Assembly: GCA_963664195.1 (NCBI GenBank) | Contig: OY760907.1 | Span: forward strand, 1,920,001-1,984,000 | Source of the DNA: an uncultured candidate division Zixibacteria bacterium | GTDB taxonomy: Bacteria; Zixibacteria; MSB-5A5; GN15; FEB-12 | DNA length: 64,000 nucleotides | Reading direction: 5' to 3' | Shown: one piece after another, positions 10,518 to 18,613 of the stretch | How positions within the stretch are numbered: position 1 is the first letter of the stretch | How the letters are laid out: the number at the start of each line of letters is the position of its first letter | Notes under the pieces: generated by a model | Told to the model about the DNA's origin: nothing | Databases searched by the model: none | The model's input: the letters and a program-made list of their open reading frames with translations, nothing else | Made by a program: the position numbers and the translations under genes

Positions 10518-10545
10518 AATATAACTGGAATCCGGTTTTTGTCAA
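10518..10545 (-). promoter_or_regulatory. Sigma70-like promoter for copy A
   Basis: Minus strand TTGACA-16 nt-TATATT. Positionally equivalent to the promoter at 15311-15338. Confidence 0.6.
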
Positions 10546-10725
10546 GGCAAAATATAGGAAAAACTTTCCGGTTGAATCGTTTTCCCGTATCACCAGTACC
10601 TCAACCGGCCCTCCCAACATCGACACGCGTGCCCGTGCAGGGGGACTGGTTGATTGTGCCCGGATAGTCTTGGAAGGTCGGAAGAGATTCTCCCCCTGTG
10701 CTCCGCCACGTGCTCCCCCCAAACG

Positions 10726-10757
10726 AAACGGCCCCCCCGACGAGTCGGGGAGGCCGT
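10726..10757 (-). terminator. Intrinsic terminator of secreted-protein copy B
   Basis: Same hairpin as 5921-5952 with one substitution, followed by TTCGTTT on the minus strand. Confidence 0.7.
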
Positions 10758-10794
10758 AGAGTAGACTAGCTAAAGCCTATGTTGCATCATCCAG

Positions 10795-13700
10795 TTACAT
10801 GGTGCACGGCAGACAAATCGGAGCCGCAGCAGTACCAGGATCAGCAATGTATTCGGCCAGCATCACGATATCAGCGATGTTCACGCAGCAGTCGCCGTTG
10901 ACATCACCGTTAGCCGTGATCGGCAGAAGGACGATCGCACCGGTCGGATCGTTGAAGTAGTAGTCAATCAGGATGTTGACATCGACCATGTCGATAGCAG
11001 CATCAACGTTGACATCACCACAAGGCAGATCCATAATGTCTATGCGGTAGTCTTCAACTTCACCCCAATCGGTGACACCGCACGGGTCAGCCGGTGCACC
11101 GTCGTTAAGACGGACACGCAGGCAAGACGCGCCGGCAACAGCCGTGATCGGGCAATCAACAACACCGGTAAACGGACCGTAGCCCGGGTTACCGACGATA
11201 GCAATCGACTCGGTCAGCGGATCAAAGACATAGTCAATGTTCCAGTCGATGAATGCCGATACCTGGTCGGACGAGTAACCATCGGTGGACTCAACCGTCA
11301 GGTCGTAGCCGTTGACACCCTTGTACAGGGTGGTGGCGAGCTGGTTCGGACCATCTTCATAGTAATCAGCGTAATCGTCACCGGCAGAGCTGTTGTTGAT
11401 GGTGTTGAACTCAACACGAGAGATATACTCGTAGGCTGAGCTAGCACTAGCACCACAGTACGGCGGGCAGATTTCACCAATTACGTTGATGAGGTATTCA
11501 CCATTAGCAGTCGAATAGTCATAATTGACCGGGAAGTAATAAGTACCGGCAGGTACTTCAACCCAGGTACCGGTCCAGTTCTCACCGTCCGGGCAATCAT
11601 CCCAGGAGGAGGATTCGTACCAAACGAGAGTGGACTGGTCGGTATTGCACGGACATTCAGCTTCCATAACGATGTAGACCGAACCGAACGGCGGCGTGGT
11701 ACCACAGTAATTGATCTCAATGTTCATGCAGGTATCGATAGTGAAGGCTTCCCAGACGTTCGGTCCGAGCATGGAGCAATCGTCAGCAGTACAGCCTTCG
11801 TTGGTACCGGTCCAGACGATCGGGGAACCCTCGGTCAAGACCGGGAGGGCGCCACCGTAGTAGTCCAGAAGGTCGGCACAGTTGTCGTTGGCAGGGGCTT
11901 CCGGCGGGTCTTCGCAAGAAATGTTAATCACGAAGTCGCCTTCGCTACCGTTGTAACCACCTACACGGAGCAGGAACTCGGTGCCGGTCGGAACGCCGGT
12001 AATGATCGCCTGTGAACGCCAGCCGTCTACGCCGCATTCGTCGTCAACGAGAGCCAGAAGCATCATTGAGGAGCAATCAAAGCCAGGGGCGTAGTACACA
12101 CCCATTTTGGTATCCAGATCACTGTCGCAGAGATCGAAGATCACTGTGCCGGTGGCGGTACCATTACAGGTAGAGGTGTACTTGTACCAGACATCGGCCA
12201 TAACCGAGTCGTTGGCATGGGTAGCACCAGTGTTGTTAAAGACACCGTTGTAGCCGTCAAAGACTTCAATAGCGTCGGCACAATCATCGTTCGCCAGCGG
12301 ATCCGGACAGGTTACTTCGTTGATGGTCAGGTCGAAACCGTAACATTCCGGCGTGGGCCAGATGTCGACCATCAAGTAGTAGGTGCCGGCAGTCAGATTG
12401 GCGTTGAACGTGTAGGCAGTAGTCGCGGAGCTGTTGCCAACACCGGCAATCAGGCTGCCAGCAACGTTCGGGCAATCAGAGAAGATGCCAGCGCCGGACC
12501 AGGCCGTACCGAGCGGATCAACAGTAATGTCGACACACATATCGGTCGGGATGACCAGTTCGTAGACGAAATCGTCGCCACCATCATAGTAACCCATGTC
12601 GGTGTCTTCGTAATCGTCGCCGAAGCCGCAAGTGGTCTGAGCCAGGTCCTCATAGGTACCGGTGAAGTTGACCACGAGCGGGTAGTCACAATTGGTTCCC
12701 GGATCAGCCGGGCCAACCGTGTTGGAAGTGACAACCAGTTCACCGGAGCCGAAGTTGGCGCTGTAGGCACCACACTGGACCAGGTAGGTGTTGCCATTGA
12801 CAACCGGGATCGTCAGCAGAGAACGGGTCGTCTTTCCGGGACAACCATCGTCATCATAGCCGAGTTCGGTGACGGGATCGCAGGTGCAACCGTCCCAAAC
12901 GGCAATCTTGGTGTCAAAGTCGGATCCACACATATCAAACGTAGCTTCACCGTCCAAAGTGGCAGTGTAGCAGTAGAATACGTCCTTATTGATCGTGTGG
13001 GTGCCAATACCGGTTGTAGTGGCGGACTCGTTCTGGAAAGTATAGGTGCCGTCGCCAATGGCAATAGCATCTGCACAAAGGTCATTGGCCGGGACCGGCG
13101 GAGCAGGAGCTACATCACCCTCGAGGGTCATGTAGTAGTTCCACGGGCCGGTGCCGCACGGATAACCTTCGTACGCAGTGCCGCCGATGAAGAAAATGTA
13201 ATCGCCGGCCGGCAGGAGAATTTCAATAGACTGCGGGACGCAGGGTTCCAGAACCACGTAGGTTACGAGGTCCGGACCGTCTACGGCATCACAGTCATTG
13301 ACTGTCATGTCCCAGATCACCAGGTTAGCCGGGAGATCGGCTTCACCGGTGAAGGTAACCAGCGTATCGTCATCAAACGTATGCAGGTACCAGTCCAGGT
13401 CACGTGTTCCACCATCCATAAACAGCGTACCGGTAACGGTCTCGCCGCAGTTGATATCGCCGAAAGCATAGGGGTCTTCGTTGCAACCGCCGTTGAGATC
13501 GACGACGTCGCCACAATTGCCACCCTCAGCAATGGCACCGACCGGGATTACCACGCCACAAGGCGTAGCCGGAATGACTTCCGTCACGGTCAGATCATAC
13601 ACACCGTAGTCACCGTCGTAACCGTCAACCACGATGAAGTACGTGGTACCGGCGGTCAAGACAACGGACGTCAGGTGCGACTGGTAGCCCGGCGATCCAC

Positions 13701-14277
13701 AAGCATCGTCATCACAGGCGATAGCCGTAGTCTCATCAGTCTCAAACACGAACACTTTCGTGTCGTAGCCGGAGGCACAGAGATCGATATCGACGGTCAT
13801 ATCCGCCCCGGGGACGAACGAGTAGACAACGTCAGGGCTCGTGCTCGAGTAGGTACAAGCAACATCGTAATCGTCAACGAAACCATCGGTGCTGCCAGTC
13901 GTGTTGTACGGCAGGCCAGCGATCACAAACGGATCGGCAATGGCATCGCCTTGGACACGGCTGTAGCGTACGACGTTCGGTCGACCGCTGTACGAGTCTT
14001 TGTCGTATCCCGGCATTGCGTTAAGAAACAACTGTTCCTTCTTATTCAGCTGAATGCGCTGGACATCGGCGAAGGGATTCACCGAGCTCGGCGCTTCAGG
14101 GGCCTTGGCAGTTGGTGCCAGGGTCGGAGAAGTAGCAGTCATGACGCCATCAGCACCAGGAACTGTTTGTACCTTGTTTTCTTTTGCCATAATCATTCCG
14201 GAGAATGCAAGGCAGCAGAAAGCGAGAGCCAAAACCAGAGCAACTGACAAACGCAGGCTCATTCTAAAATTGGTCAT
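10795..14277 (-). CDS. Large secreted Cys-rich repeat protein with GEVED and dockerin-like domain (copy B, paralog of 5990-9478)
   Basis: Nearly identical signal peptide and C-terminal ~220 aa, colinear but diverged middle, same motifs as copy A. Confidence 0.85.
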   Translation of the reverse strand: MTNFRMSLRLSVALVLALAFCCLAFSGMIMAKENKVQTVPGADGVMTATSPTLAPTAKAPEAPSSVNPFADVQRIQLNKKEQLFLNAMPGYDKDSYSGRPNVVRYSRVQGDAIADPFVIAGLPYNTTGSTDGFVDDYDVACTYSSTSPDVVYSFVPGADMTVDIDLCASGYDTKVFVFETDETTAIACDDDACGSPGYQSHLTSVVLTAGTTYFIVVDGYDGDYGVYDLTVTEVIPATPCGVVIPVGAIAEGGNCGDVVDLNGGCNEDPYAFGDINCGETVTGTLFMDGGTRDLDWYLHTFDDDTLVTFTGEADLPANLVIWDMTVNDCDAVDGPDLVTYVVLEPCVPQSIEILLPAGDYIFFIGGTAYEGYPCGTGPWNYYMTLEGDVAPAPPVPANDLCADAIAIGDGTYTFQNESATTTGIGTHTINKDVFYCYTATLDGEATFDMCGSDFDTKIAVWDGCTCDPVTELGYDDDGCPGKTTRSLLTIPVVNGNTYLVQCGAYSANFGSGELVVTSNTVGPADPGTNCDYPLVVNFTGTYEDLAQTTCGFGDDYEDTDMGYYDGGDDFVYELVIPTDMCVDITVDPLGTAWSGAGIFSDCPNVAGSLIAGVGNSSATTAYTFNANLTAGTYYLMVDIWPTPECYGFDLTINEVTCPDPLANDDCADAIEVFDGYNGVFNNTGATHANDSVMADVWYKYTSTCNGTATGTVIFDLCDSDLDTKMGVYYAPGFDCSSMMLLALVDDECGVDGWRSQAIITGVPTGTEFLLRVGGYNGSEGDFVINISCEDPPEAPANDNCADLLDYYGGALPVLTEGSPIVWTGTNEGCTADDCSMLGPNVWEAFTIDTCMNIEINYCGTTPPFGSVYIVMEAECPCNTDQSTLVWYESSSWDDCPDGENWTGTWVEVPAGTYYFPVNYDYSTANGEYLINVIGEICPPYCGASASSAYEYISRVEFNTINNSSAGDDYADYYEDGPNQLATTLYKGVNGYDLTVESTDGYSSDQVSAFIDWNIDYVFDPLTESIAIVGNPGYGPFTGVVDCPITAVAGASCLRVRLNDGAPADPCGVTDWGEVEDYRIDIMDLPCGDVNVDAAIDMVDVNILIDYYFNDPTGAIVLLPITANGDVNGDCCVNIADIVMLAEYIADPGTAAAPICLPCTM

Positions 14278-14747
14278 AGCTTTACCTCATTATTGTTTGG
14301 ACAACTAAATCTACCCGCTGGCGGAAACCCGAAACTCCCGCTTGTACAGGCGTCAGGCCGTTCAATACCACCGCAAACACTCCGATTTGTATCAAAAGCA
14401 ATCTGTAACCGAAGACCGTGCATACCGCAGGATTCACCGCCAATAACAGGACTCCTACCGCAGTCGATGCTGGTTCCGCCAGTAGCGATAGCCCTGGCGG
14501 GGAGGCTAGCGAGAGCAAGGGCCTCTCGTTGGATTACCATTTCCGTCCACCCAGCGCGTTCAACTTGACGCAGCATGGTGCTCCCGGAATAGTTGCTTGA
14601 GACAAAATCGGGAGCATGATCGCTCAACACCCCTGATACACCACCATAAGGTGGAGCACAGGGAGCATCAGTCTTGAAGGCAGTATCATAAGAAAACCGC
14701 CCGACTCGCGCTCCCGAAAACGAATAGAGAGTTAGTCGTTTCAACAT
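14274..14747 (-). CDS. Putative leader ORF (157 aa), copy B
   Basis: GGAGG RBS and ATGA overlap with 14277. Same caveats as copy A. Confidence 0.35.
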   Translation of the reverse strand: MLKRLTLYSFSGARVGRFSYDTAFKTDAPCAPPYGGVSGVLSDHAPDFVSSNYSGSTMLRQVERAGWTEMVIQREALALASLPARAIATGGTSIDCGRSPVIGGESCGMHGLRLQIAFDTNRSVCGGIERPDACTSGSFGFPPAGRFSCPNNNEVKL

Positions 14748-15305
14748 CTATTTCCTCCGAAGCCGGAAATACCTGTCGTGCTGATGATCTGAAACCGAAC
14801 GATTACCGGACCAGAGGTCATGAGGCAATCACCCGCTGTTCCCAATTGTCTAGGGAAGATGGAAACAGAAATATCTTCAAATCGATTCAGCATTAGTTAT
14901 TCCCGATTGTTGGAGTGGCAGCAAGCCTCACAGCGAGTCTTGCTCCGAATAGTCTTGTGTAGTAAATGTCTTCTGAACCCAGTTCATTAGAGAGTTTGGT
15001 TCTGCAACCTCCATGAGGATCAACGCAAGAGAAACTCGCGATGACTTAATTAACAGTGTGGGCCAAAAGAGAGAATTGATTGGGGGACTTAAGAGAAGAC
15101 AGCGCCCGCTTGAATAACCCTGTGTCCTGATCTTCAACTGTTCGCCGGGGCTGCCCGGAAAACTACATTGAAACCACGACCAAGGCATTCGTCATGGCAA
15201 AATAACGGTTGTCCGTCCTAGTTGTCTTAACCCTAAAAAAGGAAATACACCAGTCGCAACGTCAATCAAGTAGGCTCTCAGATGCAGTTGCGACTGTTAC
15301 GCTCA
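14278..15305 (-). ncRNA. Candidate large structured 5' leader RNA, copy B
   Basis: Covarying stems relative to copy A. Confidence 0.6.
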
Positions 15306-15310
15306 AGGCC

Positions 15311-15338
15311 ATAATAACATATTCCTGTCTTTTGTCAA
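15311..15338 (-). promoter_or_regulatory. Sigma70-like promoter for copy B
   Basis: Minus strand TTGACA-16 nt-TATTAT with a TGn extended -10. Confidence 0.6.
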
Positions 15339-15464
15339 GAACCAAATAGGAAAATATTTCCACGCGCATCTATATTGCCGACATTATCACATTTCTGCCC
15401 TCCGGGCCTGTTTACGCCAAATCGTACTTGCGGATTGCACTTGTCGCCAGTTACTTACCCGGAT

Positions 15465-17873
15465 ATGCGTCTGGGCACCCTGGAAATAACCAACTTCAGA
15501 GTCATTCGTCATGCGACCATCGAGTTCGATGACAAGGTGACGGGGATCATCGGCCCCAATGGATCGGGGAAGTCCTCGATAATAGAAGCGATTGCCTGGG
15601 CACTCTACGGCAATCCGGTGGCCAGATCAGGCAAGGACGAGATCAAATCGACACTCGCCCGACCTTCGGAAGACTGTGGGGTTTCCCTGGAATTCGAGAT
15701 TCGGGGCGAGCAGTACCGCATATCCAGACGCCTTATCGGCAAATCTGAGCGCCCCGAAGTCAACCTGTTTCGAAACGGCAGACCCGAATCGGTCGGGGCC
15801 AGTGAAACCGGCAGACACATAGTCCGCCTGCTGGGGCTGGATTGGCGGGGTTTTCTGACCTCGTTCTTGGCTCGCCAACAGGAATTAAACGCCCTGGCCA
15901 CTTTGCGACCGGCGGAACGACGCGACCACCTTGTCGGTATGCTGGGCATTCAGCGGCTCGACAAGGCCCTCCAAAAGGTGAAGGAAGACACTCGTCTTCT
16001 GGGCCAGGAGGCGGACATGATCGAAAGACAGGTCGCGCAGACAGAGATTCTCGCCAGGCGCATCGCCGAGTTGAAAACACAGTCAGAACAGCTCATTGAG
16101 CAATGCGAAAACCTTGCGGGAGCACTGGCAATGGCAAAAGATCAGTTTGCCGGTGTCGAAACAACTTTTCGGGAGCATCAAGAGAAGCAAGCACAGTGCT
16201 CCCAACTTCAGGCCCGCATAGAAACAGCCGAGAAAACCCGACTTCACATTTCAAACCAGATTGATGCCCTGCGAAGAACCGAGGATGAACTGGTCGAGGC
16301 CGAAGGTGAGTGTGCAAACCTGTCCGAAGATTTGGTCGACTACGATAGTCTGAAGTCGGCCTTTGAAACGATGAAATCGGCAAGGCGGCAAAAGGAGCAC
16401 CGTGAGAGTCTGGAATCACAGGTGAAAGCGGCTCAGATCGAAGGCGAGCAGATTGTCCGGAAGATCGAATCGATTAGGTCGGATATGAGCTCAAACCGCA
16501 AGGCCCTCGCGGATTTGCCGCCCGATGCTGCCGTACAATACGCTACCGTCCAGCAGGCTCTCGAAAAAGCCCGCACGGATTGGTCCGACCGCAAGTCAGA
16601 GGTCAGCCTCGCGGAGCGGGAATGTAAGAGGTTGCAGGACCAGTTGAAGTCCATCGATCAGATCGGTCCGGACACGGTCTGTGATCGCTGCCACCGGCCA
16701 TTCGGTGATGATCTCCCCGGCATCCGAGAGCATCTGGCGACGGAGCTGGCGGCATCGTCATCTGTCCTGGAAGCGCACCAGAAGAAGCTTGAGGAACATC
16801 GCCTCCAGGGGGAGACGCTCCGGAAGAAATCCGACGAGTACCAGAAACAATCCCGACAGATTCAAGAACTGGGCATCCGACACGAGGCTCTGGATACAGC
16901 GCTCAAAGAAGCCAAGGGCCGGCTTCAGGCTGTCACCGACCGGATCGAGCAGCTTGAGGGTCAGTTGGAGCGCATGAACGAGGTGTCTTTTGATTCCGCT
17001 CAGTTTGAGCAGTTGCAGGCGAAACTTGAGAGACTCGACGAGACGAATCGACGGATGCTGCAGCTCAAAGGCAAACTGACCGGATTGCCGACGGTCAGAA
17101 CTGACCTCGACAAAGCACGCGGCCAGCTGACAGTTACGGAATCCGAGATGGCGGACTACGTCCGTCAGCGGGACGGTTTGGGGTTTGACTCGCAGAAATT
17201 CGAGGCAATCAAGGCTGAGTTTGCTGAAAAACAGCAGGCCTTTGACAAAGCCAGGGATTCGCACCTGTCGGTTCGCCGCGATTTCGAGCTGGCGGAGAAG
17301 GAACGTCAGATCAAGTCCGAGGAGTTGGAACGGCTGGGCGAGGCCGCCCGAGCGCTGGAGGAATGCCGTACCAGCCGGTTCTATTCGGAGAAACTGGGGC
17401 TGCTGTTTGCGGACTTTCGAAAGCATGTCATCAGTCGCATCCGCCCCAGACTGGCCGAGTTGTCCTCGGAGATCATCGTCGAGATGAGCGGAGGCAAGTA
17501 CAGTCTGGTTGAGCTTGATGAGGATTATAACCTTCGCGTGATGGATTTTGGCCAGTATTTCGGGGTGGATCGTTTCTCCGGCGGCGAAAAAGACCTCGCC
17601 TCGCTCTGCCTGAGATTGTCGATATCATTGGCCCTGACCGAGTCGGCCGGGCTGGATCGGTCGTTTGTCATCCTCGATGAAGTGTTTGGCTCACAGGACA
17701 CCAACCGTCGGGATCTTATCTTCGAGGCCTTGAGCCGACTCAAGAGCCGTTTCCCGCAGATGCTGCTCATTACCCACCTGGAAGAACTTAAGCATAAAGT
17801 GGAAACCCTGATTGAAATGATTCCCACGGCGTCCGGTTGGTCGGAAGTGAAGGTCAACGGTGAATCGGCGTAG
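15465..17873 (+). CDS. SbcC/Rad50-type SMC-family ATPase
   Basis: Likely start MRLGTLEITNF at 15465. Walker A GPNGSGKSS, long coiled coil, central zinc-hook CDRC, signature FSGGE, Walker B ILDE, LITH. Confidence 0.85.
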   Translation: MRLGTLEITNFRVIRHATIEFDDKVTGIIGPNGSGKSSIIEAIAWALYGNPVARSGKDEIKSTLARPSEDCGVSLEFEIRGEQYRISRRLIGKSERPEVNLFRNGRPESVGASETGRHIVRLLGLDWRGFLTSFLARQQELNALATLRPAERRDHLVGMLGIQRLDKALQKVKEDTRLLGQEADMIERQVAQTEILARRIAELKTQSEQLIEQCENLAGALAMAKDQFAGVETTFREHQEKQAQCSQLQARIETAEKTRLHISNQIDALRRTEDELVEAEGECANLSEDLVDYDSLKSAFETMKSARRQKEHRESLESQVKAAQIEGEQIVRKIESIRSDMSSNRKALADLPPDAAVQYATVQQALEKARTDWSDRKSEVSLAERECKRLQDQLKSIDQIGPDTVCDRCHRPFGDDLPGIREHLATELAASSSVLEAHQKKLEEHRLQGETLRKKSDEYQKQSRQIQELGIRHEALDTALKEAKGRLQAVTDRIEQLEGQLERMNEVSFDSAQFEQLQAKLERLDETNRRMLQLKGKLTGLPTVRTDLDKARGQLTVTESEMADYVRQRDGLGFDSQKFEAIKAEFAEKQQAFDKARDSHLSVRRDFELAEKERQIKSEELERLGEAARALEECRTSRFYSEKLGLLFADFRKHVISRIRPRLAELSSEIIVEMSGGKYSLVELDEDYNLRVMDFGQYFGVDRFSGGEKDLASLCLRLSISLALTESAGLDRSFVILDEVFGSQDTNRRDLIFEALSRLKSRFPQMLLITHLEELKHKVETLIEMIPTASGWSEVKVNGESA

Positions 17874-18528
17874 GGGGACAGCAAAACAACGACGGTGGGT
17901 GCTCTCCGCCACATTAATAGTAGTGGTTGCCTTGTTGATTGTTGTCGTCCGACTGGTCGAAGATATTGGCCCGGAACGTCATCCCGGTGATCGGTTTTTG
18001 GTGGCAAAGATTCTCGACGGTGACACGGTTGAACTCGCCGGCGGCGACCGGTTGAGGCTTTTGGCTATCGACACGCCGGAAGAGGGAGAGCGCTACCATG
18101 ACGAGGCGGCCGAATTGCTCAAACGGCTGGTCCTCGGTCGCACGGCTACCATTGAGTTTGCCGACAAACGTCGAGATCGCTACGGCCGGTTGCTCGGCTA
18201 TCTGTACATTGATTCTGCCTTCATTAATAGGACGCTTATAGATTCCGGCCTGGCGTATGTTTATCTTTTCAAGGACAACGATTTAGACAGCCCCCAAATC
18301 GCCGCCCTCTTGGATGCGCAGAAAGGGGCGATTGATCGCGATGTTGGACTCTGGTCGATTGAGCGCGAGCCGGAGGATTACTATCTTTCGCCGCCGGGAT
18401 CATTCCGCTTGCACCGTCCCGGGTGCCGCTCGGTGGAGAACTGCGACAACGGTCGATGCCGGGAGTTTTTGACTCGTGAGGAAGGTCTGGCAACCGGCCT
18501 CTCACCCTGCCGCAACTGCAAACCGTAG
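17860..18528 (+). CDS. Membrane-anchored thermonuclease (SNase) with C-terminal Ada-like metal-binding motif
   Basis: N-terminal TM; DGDTV, RLLAIDTPE, DRYGRLLGY, GLW motifs; HRPGC...PCRNCKP tail. Confidence 0.85.
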   Translation: MNRRRGTAKQRRWVLSATLIVVVALLIVVVRLVEDIGPERHPGDRFLVAKILDGDTVELAGGDRLRLLAIDTPEEGERYHDEAAELLKRLVLGRTATIEFADKRRDRYGRLLGYLYIDSAFINRTLIDSGLAYVYLFKDNDLDSPQIAALLDAQKGAIDRDVGLWSIEREPEDYYLSPPGSFRLHRPGCRSVENCDNGRCREFLTREEGLATGLSPCRNCKP

Positions 18529-18542
18529 GGTTATCATACAAA

Positions 18543-18572
18543 AAGCCACTTCGCTATACGGCAAAGTGGCTT
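18543..18572. terminator. Hairpin between convergent genes
   Basis: AAGCCACTT...AAGTGGCTT inverted repeat with an A-run on the left. Confidence 0.5.
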
Positions 18573-18613
18573 AAAGTACGTTGCGTGACAATTACCCTGT
18601 CGCGTCGTGGGTG

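Larger units (their letters stand above)
5921..10570 (-). repeat. Tandem duplication unit A (promoter + long leader + secreted protein + terminator)
   Basis: Homologous to 10726-15360 at an offset of ~4.8 kb (start codons 9478 vs 14277). Confidence 0.9.
10726..15360 (-). repeat. Tandem duplication unit B
   Basis: Homologous to 5921-10570. Confidence 0.9.

Noticed and set aside
10158..10722. ORFs 10158-10667 (+) and 10396-10722 (-), also 14928-15188 (-)
   Set aside because: They span promoter or leader DNA, are not conserved in the paralogous copy and lack protein-like features.
12217..14247. 676-aa plus-strand ORF (and 250-aa ORF at 8585-9337)
   Set aside because: Antisense shadows of the large secreted genes; not preserved at the same length between the two paralogs and without recognisable motifs.
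5990..14277. Diversity-generating retroelement (template/variable repeat) between the near-identical 3' ends
   Set aside because: No reverse transcriptase in the window, differences are not restricted to adenines, and both copies are full genes.
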